Below, one piece after another: positions 28,940 through 37,481 of a DNA stretch of 64,000 bases. Position 1 is the first letter of the stretch, and each line of letters opens with the position of its first letter. The DNA is taken from positions 1,438 through 65,437 of the forward strand of contig JALTFO010000065.1 of NCBI GenBank assembly GCA_027007005.1, read 5' to 3'. The notes beneath the pieces are model-generated. The model was given only the letters and a program-made list of their open reading frames with translations. It was not told the origin of the DNA and did no database searches. The translations under genes and the position numbers were made by a program. This stretch comes from Candidatus Bipolaricaulota bacterium (GTDB taxonomy: Bacteria; Bipolaricaulota; Bipolaricaulia; UBA7950; UBA9294).

Positions 28940-30289
28940 TTAGACTGGGATGAATCGTCCCCTGCCCTTCTCGCCATGAGACTTACCATCGGAATAGACG
29001 ATCCTGCCACGGGATATCGTCGTATCGACCGCTCCGTGCATCTCCATCCCTTCATACGGAGAGAAATCGATTGCCATATGCAGAGCCTTGGCGTGAATGG
29101 TCCATCTTGCACTTGGGTCGAAGATGACGATGTCGGCATCTGATCCGATCCCAAGAGTTCCCTTGCGTGGGTAGAGGCTGTTTACTCTTGCCGGCGCTTC
29201 ACTTAAGAAATACGGAAGATCAGTAAGCCCAATGTTCCCCTTCCTTACTCCTTCAGAGTAGAGGAGCGGGAGCAGGGTCTCCACACCCGGAAGGCCGTAA
29301 GGAAGATCGAGGAATGATCCCTTCCATGTTTTCTGCACGACGGTAAACGGGCAGTGGTCGGTCGCTACAAGGTCGAGTGTTCCTTCGCGCAAGCCTTTCC
29401 ACAGTGCGTCCTGATCAGATTTGGCGCGCAATGCCGGGCTCGCCGAGAACAAGTGTGCGTCCTCACGCTTGTACACATCTTTGGTCAGGAACAAGTATTG
29501 AGGGCAGGTCTCAGCAGTAAGATGCACTCCGCGCGACTTGGCCCGCTTGACCGCCGCCCGACCAAGATCAGAGCTGACATGAACAATATGCACCCTCGCC
29601 CCAGTCACAGCCGCGTAGTAAGCGACCTGCTCTATCGCCGCTCCCTCGCACTCAGGCGGTCTGGTGCGCGCAAGGCTCATCATCTCACCCCGTTCGTCGT
29701 CCGTCAATTGATTCACTAAAGAAGTAATCAGATCATCATCCTCGCAGTGGACCAGCGCAGTAGCACCAAGCTTGGCGATGGCGCGAAAGGCGTGATAAAG
29801 GACACCACTATCCGACCTTCGACCCGAGCTCCCGTAGGCAGTGAAGAACTTGAATGTCTTTACTCCAAGCGAGACGGCATCATGAAATTCTGACTCTTGC
29901 CCGGGCTTCCAACCGATCACCTCTCCATGGAAGGTGTAATCGATCACCGCATCCTTTGCCACCTGCTGCCTGCTCTCGATATCCTCAGGGATCGTCGTCT
30001 TGGCGCTTCCTACCGTGAAGTCGACGATCGATGTAACTCCTCCGCAAGCGGCAGCGCGCGTTCCGGTGAAGAAATCATCGCTCGAACGCGTACCAGCTAC
30101 GGGAAGAGCCATGTGGGTATGGGCATCGATCACTCCAGGTAATACAAGTTTCTCCGAAACATCGATCTCACTCTTTCCAGCAAGATTGAGTCCCACAGCA
30201 ACTATCTTCTCGCCAACGATGCCTAGATCCGCCTCCACCGTCCCTTGCGGGGTAACGAGTGTCCCGTTCTTGACCACCAAGTCGTACAT
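28940..30289 (-). CDS. dihydropyrimidinase / D-hydantoinase family cyclic amidohydrolase (paralogue 2)
   Basis: The motifs DAHTHMALP, TFKFFTAY, VHCEDD, VHVSS and ATDHCPF are present. A GGAGG SD is present. Confidence 0.85.
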   Translation of the reverse strand: MYDLVVKNGTLVTPQGTVEADLGIVGEKIVAVGLNLAGKSEIDVSEKLVLPGVIDAHTHMALPVAGTRSSDDFFTGTRAAACGGVTSIVDFTVGSAKTTIPEDIESRQQVAKDAVIDYTFHGEVIGWKPGQESEFHDAVSLGVKTFKFFTAYGSSGRRSDSGVLYHAFRAIAKLGATALVHCEDDDLITSLVNQLTDDERGEMMSLARTRPPECEGAAIEQVAYYAAVTGARVHIVHVSSDLGRAAVKRAKSRGVHLTAETCPQYLFLTKDVYKREDAHLFSASPALRAKSDQDALWKGLREGTLDLVATDHCPFTVVQKTWKGSFLDLPYGLPGVETLLPLLYSEGVRKGNIGLTDLPYFLSEAPARVNSLYPRKGTLGIGSDADIVIFDPSARWTIHAKALHMAIDFSPYEGMEMHGAVDTTISRGRIVYSDGKSHGEKGRGRFIPV

Positions 30290-30334
30290 TTGCCGCCTCC
30301 TTGCTACTCCTCTGCAGGAGGAATAGCAACAATA

Positions 30335-31258
30335 CTAGCTGCGTTCTTTAACATATGGCTTTCCTAACATCGCGGGAACGTTAAGTTTCTTTCTAACCAC
30401 TGTCGCAATAATGGTTAGTATGTATGGCAAAGCAATGAAAAACTCGTGAGGAATTGCTTTAAAGCCTGACGTGAGGAAAGTAACTGAAAGCGCATCTGCA
30501 AGTCCGAATACCAGGGCACCAATCAACACTCCAACAGGGTTCCAGTTTCCTAAGAAGCAGATTGCAAATGCAATCCAGCCTCTGCCTCCGATCATGTCGT
30601 TGGTGTACAGGCCAAGATATCCGATCGAGAAAAACGCGCCCGCTAATCCACTCAACGCACTTGATGCAAGTACAGCCAAGAATCGCACTCGCTCCACGTT
30701 TATTCCAGCGGCATCAACAGCCTCTGGATTTTCCCCCACAGAGCGCAGTGTGAGCCCCAGCCTCGTGCGAAAGAGAACCCAGTACCCAACTGGCACCAGT
30801 AACATTGCTAAATACGTAAGGATATTCTGCCTGAAAAGAGCCGGTCCGATCACAGGAATCCTTGATAACAAGGGAATGGGAATATCATTCAAGGGACTCA
30901 CTGTCAAGGGGAGCAGAGGAACGCCGAATAAAACTCGATAAAGGAAAAGCCCTAACCCGAGAGCAAGGATGTTCAGTGCGACTCCGGTAACGATCTGATG
31001 TTGCTTCAACTTCACGGTGATTAACCCATAGATCGCGCCAAAGGTAACGCCCATTGCAATTGCAAGTAAAAACCCAACAAACAAACTACCGCTCAAGTAC
31101 GCCCCAACAAATCCTCCCCATGCCCCCATGAGGAAGATCCCTTCAATTGCTATGTTCATTACGCCTGTGCGTTCTACAAATACTTCACCCAACGCACCCA
31201 ATAGCAGCGGAGTACTCAGGCGAAAGGTAGAGACAAGCAATCCTGTAATGATATTCAC
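30335..31258 (-). CDS. BMP-family (nucleoside-type) ABC transporter permease
   Basis: This polytopic membrane protein belongs to the branched ABC-2/BPD family that typically accompanies BMP/PnrA binding proteins. The GTG start, preceded by AGGGGAGGAAGA, overlaps the upstream stop. Confidence 0.75.
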   Translation of the reverse strand: MNIITGLLVSTFRLSTPLLLGALGEVFVERTGVMNIAIEGIFLMGAWGGFVGAYLSGSLFVGFLLAIAMGVTFGAIYGLITVKLKQHQIVTGVALNILALGLGLFLYRVLFGVPLLPLTVSPLNDIPIPLLSRIPVIGPALFRQNILTYLAMLLVPVGYWVLFRTRLGLTLRSVGENPEAVDAAGINVERVRFLAVLASSALSGLAGAFFSIGYLGLYTNDMIGGRGWIAFAICFLGNWNPVGVLIGALVFGLADALSVTFLTSGFKAIPHEFFIALPYILTIIATVVRKKLNVPAMLGKPYVKERS

Positions 31259-32382
31259 TCTTCCTCCCCTCCTCTCAATCGAAGTCTCCTCTTGCTTATC
31301 CACGCACGCAGTGCATTCTCGGCAAAATATGACAGAATGACGAACAGCATCACGAAACCTTCCATAATTCCAATGATGCTGGAAGGGACGCTAGACGTCT
31401 GTACAACCAAGTTTCCGCCCACTTTTAGCGCCCCGAAAAGTATAGCCGCCAATACAATCCCAAGCGGATGGGCGTTTCCCAAGATGCCTATTCCGATTCC
31501 TTCTGCCCCAATTGTGGGATTGAATCCCTGAATGAGCATGTGTTGCATCCCGTTCACTTCCGTGAATCCAGCGATTCCAGCAAACATTCCAGCGATAAGG
31601 AACACAGTAATAAATATCCTCTTGGTACTGATGCCCGCGTACTTGGCCGCATCGAGGTTGGATCCAACAACACGGATCCGGTATCCAAGAGATGTCTTCC
31701 AGAGGATGATGTACGCGACGAGAGCGAGCGCCAAAGCGAGAAGGAAGCCCCAATGAAGCCGCGTGTGCGGTATGAGGTGTGCTAGCCAGCTATTGGCAGG
31801 GATAACATCCGTTTGCGGATACTCTCCCTTTGCTTCCTTGAGGGGGCTGCGGACCATGTAGTTCATTACAGCCATAGCAACGTATGTAAGCATCATGCTA
31901 ACGAGGAATTCGTTGGCGTTGAATCTGGCTTTTAGATATCCAATCAACGCTGCCCACAGACCGCCAGCAAGTGCACTGGCGACAAGCGCAATCGGAAGCA
32001 CAATAACTGCCGGAAGTCCTCCAAGACTGAGGGAACAGGCCACTGCAGCCAGTGCCCCCATGTAGAATTGTCCTTGTGCTCCAATATTGAACAGCGATGA
32101 GCGGAACGCAAACCCAAAAGCCAGCCCTGTCAGGATTAGTGGTGTTGCCTTGGCAAAGATATCGGCTACATTGTATATATCTCGAAAAGCATAACTGAAC
32201 ATAGTGCCATAGACGGTAATAGGATTAGCTTTCAAGAAGAGCATCATTACTCCGCTTGCAACTAACCCAAGAACGATCGACACTAGCGGTGAGAGAAGCA
32301 ACCAGCTTGAGGCATCCCTCTGACGCATGCGGACTTCAATGAGTTTACCTATTCTACTGAACAATTGATTAAATCGTTCCAT
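31255..32382 (-). CDS. BMP-family (nucleoside-type) ABC transporter permease
   Basis: This is a polytopic membrane protein paralogous to the downstream permease. The start is uncertain (ATG at 32382 or TTG at 32397), and both options overlap the ATPase 3' end. Confidence 0.75.
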   Translation of the reverse strand: MERFNQLFSRIGKLIEVRMRQRDASSWLLLSPLVSIVLGLVASGVMMLFLKANPITVYGTMFSYAFRDIYNVADIFAKATPLILTGLAFGFAFRSSLFNIGAQGQFYMGALAAVACSLSLGGLPAVIVLPIALVASALAGGLWAALIGYLKARFNANEFLVSMMLTYVAMAVMNYMVRSPLKEAKGEYPQTDVIPANSWLAHLIPHTRLHWGFLLALALALVAYIILWKTSLGYRIRVVGSNLDAAKYAGISTKRIFITVFLIAGMFAGIAGFTEVNGMQHMLIQGFNPTIGAEGIGIGILGNAHPLGIVLAAILFGALKVGGNLVVQTSSVPSSIIGIMEGFVMLFVILSYFAENALRAWISKRRLRLRGGEEE

Positions 32383-33907
32383 CGTCCTCCCTATCAATCC
32401 CAGCCATCAGGAGACCAATCTCCTCCACACTGGCTCCCTGGCTAGGTAAGACTTTCAATAATCGTCCGCTGTAGATGACACCGATTCGATCAGAGAGAGT
32501 CATTACCTCAGACAGCTCTGTTGAGATGAGTAGAATTGCCTTACCCTCCTGGCGTGCCTTGAGAAGCATGCTGTGCACGTAGTCGGCAGCACCAACATCA
32601 AGCCCACGTGTGGGCTGTACAGCTACCAGAAGTTTCGTTGCTGTCACAAGCTCTCGCGCTACGACTACCTTCTGTTGATTGCCTCCCGAAAGGGCTTTCA
32701 CTTTCGTAAGAGAAGAGGGGGTTTTGATGGTAAAATCGTCAATTAATTGCTGTGCGTTCTTACGGATAAGACCTTGCTTGAGAAACCCCTGATTGGAGTA
32801 TAAGTTTTCATCATACGATTTAAGGAACAGATTTTCTTCAACAGACATATCAAGAACCAATCCCTCTCGTTGTCGATCAGCAGGAATGTAACCTACTCCT
32901 TCATGAATCAGGGCCAGGGCCTGTTTATTCGTTATGTTCTCGTTGTATAGAGTTGCAGTACCTTTCTTGACTTGCCTTAATCCGCACAGGGCTTCTGCAA
33001 GTTCTTCTTGCCCGTTGCCACTTACACCGGCAACACCGAAAATCTCGCCCTGATTCACTGTCACAGAGAAGTGATCGACAGCTTGACTTCCGCGGTCATC
33101 TATAACCACCAAATCGTGGACATCAAGAGCAGGAGGACCCGGCCGGGTCTCCTTCTTTCCTGTTACAAGAGTAAGATCTCGCCCGACCATCATTCGTGCG
33201 AGCTGCTGTTCGGATGCTCCTTCACGCGGAACGCCACCTACTACTTTACCATCCCTAAGGACAACGATTCGATCTGCTATCTCCATGACTTCGTTCAACT
33301 TATGGCTAATAAATATGATAGAATTTCCCTTTGCACGGAATTCGCGAATAAAACCGAACAGTTTTTCCGTTTCCTGTGGGGTCAGAACAGCCGTTGGCTC
33401 ATCCATGATAATGAGTTCTGCTTTTCTGTACAGTGCCTTGAGAATCTCCACCCTCTGTTGCATTCCCACTGGAAGCTCATGTATTATTGCATATGGATCG
33501 ACCTCCAGCCCGTATCTCTCGCCAAGGTCGTTAATCTCCTTTGCCACCTTATGAATGTTTAGTCTGCCCGCGCTCTTCCGCGTTATTCCCAAGATAATGT
33601 TCTCTAAGACAGAATGCACAGGGATAAGCGTGAAGTGCTGGTGGATCATCCCGATTCCGTGTTCCATGGCATCATGAGGAGAGCGTATCTTCACCAGTTC
33701 ACCATGTACCCGAATGGTGCCGGCATCAGGTTGGTACATGCCGTAAAGGATATTCATCAAGGTCGTCTTCCCTGCACCATTCTCACCAAGAAGAGCAAGT
33801 ACCTCCCCTCTCTTAAGATCGAGGGATATGTGATCATTTGCAATCGTACCAGGAAAGTACTTAGTAATCCCTTCCAGGCTGACTGCTATATTCTGTGCAT
33901 CGTTCAT
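32369..33907 (-). CDS. ABC transporter ATP-binding protein with duplicated ATPase domains
   Basis: The first domain has Walker A GENGAGKTTL. The second has signature LSGGNQQKVVVAREL. The length of about 510 aa is typical of sugar/nucleoside-type fused ATPases. Confidence 0.9.
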   Translation of the reverse strand: MNDAQNIAVSLEGITKYFPGTIANDHISLDLKRGEVLALLGENGAGKTTLMNILYGMYQPDAGTIRVHGELVKIRSPHDAMEHGIGMIHQHFTLIPVHSVLENIILGITRKSAGRLNIHKVAKEINDLGERYGLEVDPYAIIHELPVGMQQRVEILKALYRKAELIIMDEPTAVLTPQETEKLFGFIREFRAKGNSIIFISHKLNEVMEIADRIVVLRDGKVVGGVPREGASEQQLARMMVGRDLTLVTGKKETRPGPPALDVHDLVVIDDRGSQAVDHFSVTVNQGEIFGVAGVSGNGQEELAEALCGLRQVKKGTATLYNENITNKQALALIHEGVGYIPADRQREGLVLDMSVEENLFLKSYDENLYSNQGFLKQGLIRKNAQQLIDDFTIKTPSSLTKVKALSGGNQQKVVVARELVTATKLLVAVQPTRGLDVGAADYVHSMLLKARQEGKAILLISTELSEVMTLSDRIGVIYSGRLLKVLPSQGASVEEIGLLMAGIDREDDGTI

Positions 33908-33973
33908 GTGTCTCCATCCCTTCCTCAAAGGGAAAGACAGGAGGGGCCTTACGACCCCTCCAAACTGGAATGA

Positions 33974-34966
33974 TTACTTCAGTGGTTCCGGGAACTGAGA
34001 CGCAAACTTTAGCAGCTCACCGTTTGTGATTGCTTCCTCAGCCTGACTCACCAAGCTGCGAACCTGATCAGAGACCTGATCGCTGTATGCAACCTTGAAG
34101 ATCCCTTGAGCGACGCCAACTTCATTAACTTTAGCTTCAAGAGTTCCATTCAGGAACTTGCTGACCGCCCACTTGTACATGCTCCCAAAGTCCATGTACA
34201 CACTTGCAACAACAGTACCAGGGGCAACGCTATTCTGGTTGCTAGCAAACCCGATAAACTTTGCACCCTTGTCTTTGGCCGCCTGGATCGCGCCGAGGCC
34301 CACCTGATTGGCGTAGAAGAAGAGCACATCTGCACCTCGATCGATCATCGAACTCGCCATTTGCTTTCCAAGCGTGACGTCACTCCAAGAATTCGCGTAA
34401 GCACGTATCGCTTCCACGTTAGGAGAACCAATCCGAGCTCCATACTCATACGTGTTGAGCAAGCGGATCATCAGCTTATTCGGGAATCCACCAACGATTC
34501 CAATCTTGCCGGTCTTTGTTGTATAACCAGCGATAATCCCAGCAAGGTAGCTTGCCTCGTATTCCTTAGGCAGTATCGGCTTAACATTGGGAGCAGCAGC
34601 TGTTGCACCATTTACGACACAGAATGTTGTGTTGGGGTAGTTTGGTGCAACACGCAGCGCAGCATCGTCGAACTGCGTTCCAGCGGCCATTACGAGGTCA
34701 TAACCGCGGTCCCCATAGTTGCGGAACGTCGACTCGAAATCGCTTGCTTGCACATTTTCCACATACTCCATCTTCGTCCCAAGATCTTTGTTAGAGGCAA
34801 CTAGCCCTGCGTAGTTTGCCGCATTCCAGCTCTGATCGTTGATTGGGCCGGGAAGGATCAGCACCATCTTGTACTGCGAAGCATCCTTCGCCATACCTGG
34901 CAATACCAATAAGCCAATCATGCTTACAACCAACAGCGATAACACTAGGAACTTTGTGGACTTCAT
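33974..34966 (-). CDS. BMP-family ABC substrate-binding protein (PnrA/Med-like, nucleoside/purine type)
   Basis: The N-terminus is a signal anchor, and BMP-family motifs are present (LILPGPINDQSWN, GFPNKLMIR). AAGGAAGGTG lies upstream. Confidence 0.85.
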   Translation of the reverse strand: MKSTKFLVLSLLVVSMIGLLVLPGMAKDASQYKMVLILPGPINDQSWNAANYAGLVASNKDLGTKMEYVENVQASDFESTFRNYGDRGYDLVMAAGTQFDDAALRVAPNYPNTTFCVVNGATAAAPNVKPILPKEYEASYLAGIIAGYTTKTGKIGIVGGFPNKLMIRLLNTYEYGARIGSPNVEAIRAYANSWSDVTLGKQMASSMIDRGADVLFFYANQVGLGAIQAAKDKGAKFIGFASNQNSVAPGTVVASVYMDFGSMYKWAVSKFLNGTLEAKVNEVGVAQGIFKVAYSDQVSDQVRSLVSQAEEAITNGELLKFASQFPEPLK

Positions 34967-35555
34967 CTTTTTGCACCTTCCTTTCTTGTGAGGTATTGTT
35001 CTATCGGTACTGCGTATGCTTTGCTCCGATGAATCACCTCCTTGTACAGTTTGTCATGTCTCTCAACAACGCAAGAGGCATGCATCATCCAATTAGAAAT
35101 GCGTGCAGCTTTCACACGCTGGAGGCCTGAGAGGTGCTCCCCCTTGGCCCCTGCTAGTGAGGTTGGCGAAGGTGGGGTGGCAAGAAGTTGAGGGAATCGT
35201 TCAGGTAAATGGCATTCGTATGTAAGGGCGTGTCTAGCAGGTCTTTGTAAAGAATGAGAACGCAACACGCACCCAACACTGGAGAAGGTATCCGCTCCGG
35301 CAGGCACTCCTCTTAAGCGAAAGATCCTTTGCGCAGTCAAGGTGTCACTCCGTTTCTCATTAAGACAACGGAAATCGCAAATCTCGTGACCAGTTGCGTC
35401 ATTCATAACTCCCTCACCACTTGGAACCACTCTGCCAACTTGTCATTTGGCCAAGCTGTATGATAGCATTACTGGCGCCAGTCAACAAGGTGCTTGTGAT
35501 ACAGGCAAGACCGAGGCTAGCAAGCAGCGAGAAAACAAAGTCCAGGAGGAGAAGG

Positions 35556-37019
35556 ATGATCGATCTAACAGTCAACGAGAAGCAGCTTGAACGCACGGCG
35601 CAGCGCGCACGGGAGCGGGGAATCATCGCTCCTACGTTCGCCCAGATGAAGGATCCAAACAAGATCCCACAGAAGATCAAAGACGGGTTGAAGGATGTCG
35701 GCCTGTGGGACCTGCACCCACTCAACCTGTTCCGCATTACGTGGAAGAACGAGCCGGTGAAGCACGGCGGTGGATTCGACGGAGTGAACTACGTAGAGAT
35801 CCCTTCGGAAATTACCGGCGTGAAAGCACGGATCATCGCCCTCGTGGGCAAGTGGTTTCCTACCGGAGCGCACAAGGTGGGAGCGACCTACGGCTGTCTC
35901 GTCCCACGTTTGGTCACCGGTCAGTTCGACCCTACGTATCATAAGGCAGTGTGGCCATCAACAGGAAACTACTGCCGCGGCGGAGCATACGATGCCAACC
36001 TTCTCGGCTGTGAATCGATCGCTATCCTTCCTGAGGAGATGTCTCAAGAGCGATTCGATTGGCTATCCAAGGTTGCCGGCGAGGTAATCGCTACCCCTGG
36101 TTGCGAATCAAACGTTTGGGAAATCTTCCAAAAATGTAAGGAATTACAGGCAACACGCGATAACATCATGATTTTCAATCAGTTTGACGAGTTCGGTAAC
36201 CACCTGTGGCACTACGAGGTCACCGGACACGCCATGGAAGAGGTACTGCAGCAGGAGCTGGGAGAGAACGGCCGCTATGCTGGTGTTGTCCTAACGTCCG
36301 GATCATCGGGAACGATGGGCTGCGGCGATTATCTGAAGGAGCTTCACCCAGCAAGCAAGCTCGTCGTCTCCGAGGCGCTCCAGTGCCCGACGCTTATTGA
36401 GAACGGGTTTGGAGGCCACCGTATCGAAGGGATCGGTGACAAGCACGTGCCGTGGATCCACAACGCCCGCAACACGGACATGGTGACCGGGATTGACGAT
36501 GAAGACTGCATGAGCCTCATCCGCCTGTTCAACGAGCCCGCAGGACAGAAGTTCCTGGCAAGCCAGGGAGTAGGAGAGAAGTTCATCGAGCAGCTCCCGC
36601 TGCTGGGGATCTCCAGCGTGGCTAATGTCCTCTCGGCGATCAAGTTCGCCAAATACTATGAACTGACAGAGAAGGACGTCGTCCTCACCGTGTTCACCGA
36701 CTCGATGGACCTCTACCAGACCCGCCTCGCCGAGCTGACCGAGGAGCGTGGACCGTACAACGAGATGCAGGCGGCGATCGCCTACAACCTGCACCTGCAG
36801 GGAATAAAGACCGACCACACCCTCGAGCTGCGCTACCAGGATCGCAAACGAATTCACAACCTGAAGTACTACACCTGGATCGAGCAGATGGGCAAATCCG
36901 TCGAAGAGCTAGACGCACAGTGGTACGACTACCCCGATTACTGGGACCGCATCCACAGGCTGGTCGAGCCGATCGACAAGCTAATCGAGGCGTTCAACGA
37001 ACGCGTTGGCCTACTGTAG
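35556..37019 (+). CDS. fold-type-II (tryptophan-synthase-beta-like) PLP-dependent enzyme, function unknown
   Basis: The pattern FPTGAHKVGA (candidate PLP lysine) ... WPSTGNYCRGGAY ... ILPEEMSQERFDWL ... GSSGT follows the CysK/CBS/threonine-dehydratase-fold signature order. The protein is 487 aa. GGAGGAGAAGG lies upstream of the ATG at 35556. Confidence 0.65.
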   Translation: MIDLTVNEKQLERTAQRARERGIIAPTFAQMKDPNKIPQKIKDGLKDVGLWDLHPLNLFRITWKNEPVKHGGGFDGVNYVEIPSEITGVKARIIALVGKWFPTGAHKVGATYGCLVPRLVTGQFDPTYHKAVWPSTGNYCRGGAYDANLLGCESIAILPEEMSQERFDWLSKVAGEVIATPGCESNVWEIFQKCKELQATRDNIMIFNQFDEFGNHLWHYEVTGHAMEEVLQQELGENGRYAGVVLTSGSSGTMGCGDYLKELHPASKLVVSEALQCPTLIENGFGGHRIEGIGDKHVPWIHNARNTDMVTGIDDEDCMSLIRLFNEPAGQKFLASQGVGEKFIEQLPLLGISSVANVLSAIKFAKYYELTEKDVVLTVFTDSMDLYQTRLAELTEERGPYNEMQAAIAYNLHLQGIKTDHTLELRYQDRKRIHNLKYYTWIEQMGKSVEELDAQWYDYPDYWDRIHRLVEPIDKLIEAFNERVGLL

Positions 37020-37055
37020 GAACAGACAAGAGCGATTTATGAAGGGTTTAAGAAG

Positions 37056-37086
37056 CGCCTCTCTCTTTTAGGGAGGGGCGTTTCTT
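37056..37086 (+). terminator. Rho-independent terminator after the PLP-enzyme gene
   Basis: The 10-bp stem pairs CGCCUCUCUC with GGGAGGGGCG (two G-U pairs), with a 5-nt loop, followed by UUUCUU. Confidence 0.55.
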
Positions 37087-37481
37087 GTGTTGTTGGCCTG
37101 ATAAACTGAAGCACGAATAATAATTAAATTGCTTTTTACTCTAGAGTAAGTGCATCCAAGGCAATAGAGCAAGTAATCACTGTAGTTTATGGTGATATGT
37201 CAAGTCGGTACGTTGCATTCTTTTGCAGAAAAGGGCCTACAGGTCACTTCATCTTAGCACATTTACGCCGCCTGCTGTTCCTTTTTTCTCTGATGGTAGA
37301 GTTTGTTGCATGCAGATAGGTGGTTTGTCACCCGTGTGCCTTTGCCAACCAACGCTCGTCTGACACGAGAAACATCTGCTAGCTTCTTGTTTATCTCGTA
37401 TGAGAGAGCCCTGAGTATTGAAAAGCGTTAATGGGAGTAGTAAAGTCAGTCTGACAGCCTTACCGATATCTGGAGGTAGCC

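Noticed and set aside
35100-35215. Fragments reminiscent of riboswitch cores: CUGAGA plus a CCCUUG...CCUG segment (TPP-like), and GGCGAAGG...GGCAA / AAUCGUUCAGGUAAAUGGCA (glycine-like).
   Set aside because: The required helices (P3 of the glycine aptamer, P4/P5 of TPP) cannot be formed. Spacing and conserved nucleotides do not fit, and the nearest plus-strand gene lies about 350 nt away with an unrelated function.
34963-35430. A 155-aa minus-strand ORF filling the long intergenic region upstream of the BMP gene.
   Set aside because: It overlaps the BMP start codon out of context, has no SD, and has a low-complexity composition rich in Arg, Cys and His. I treat the region as non-coding (see the finding on the 590-bp gap).
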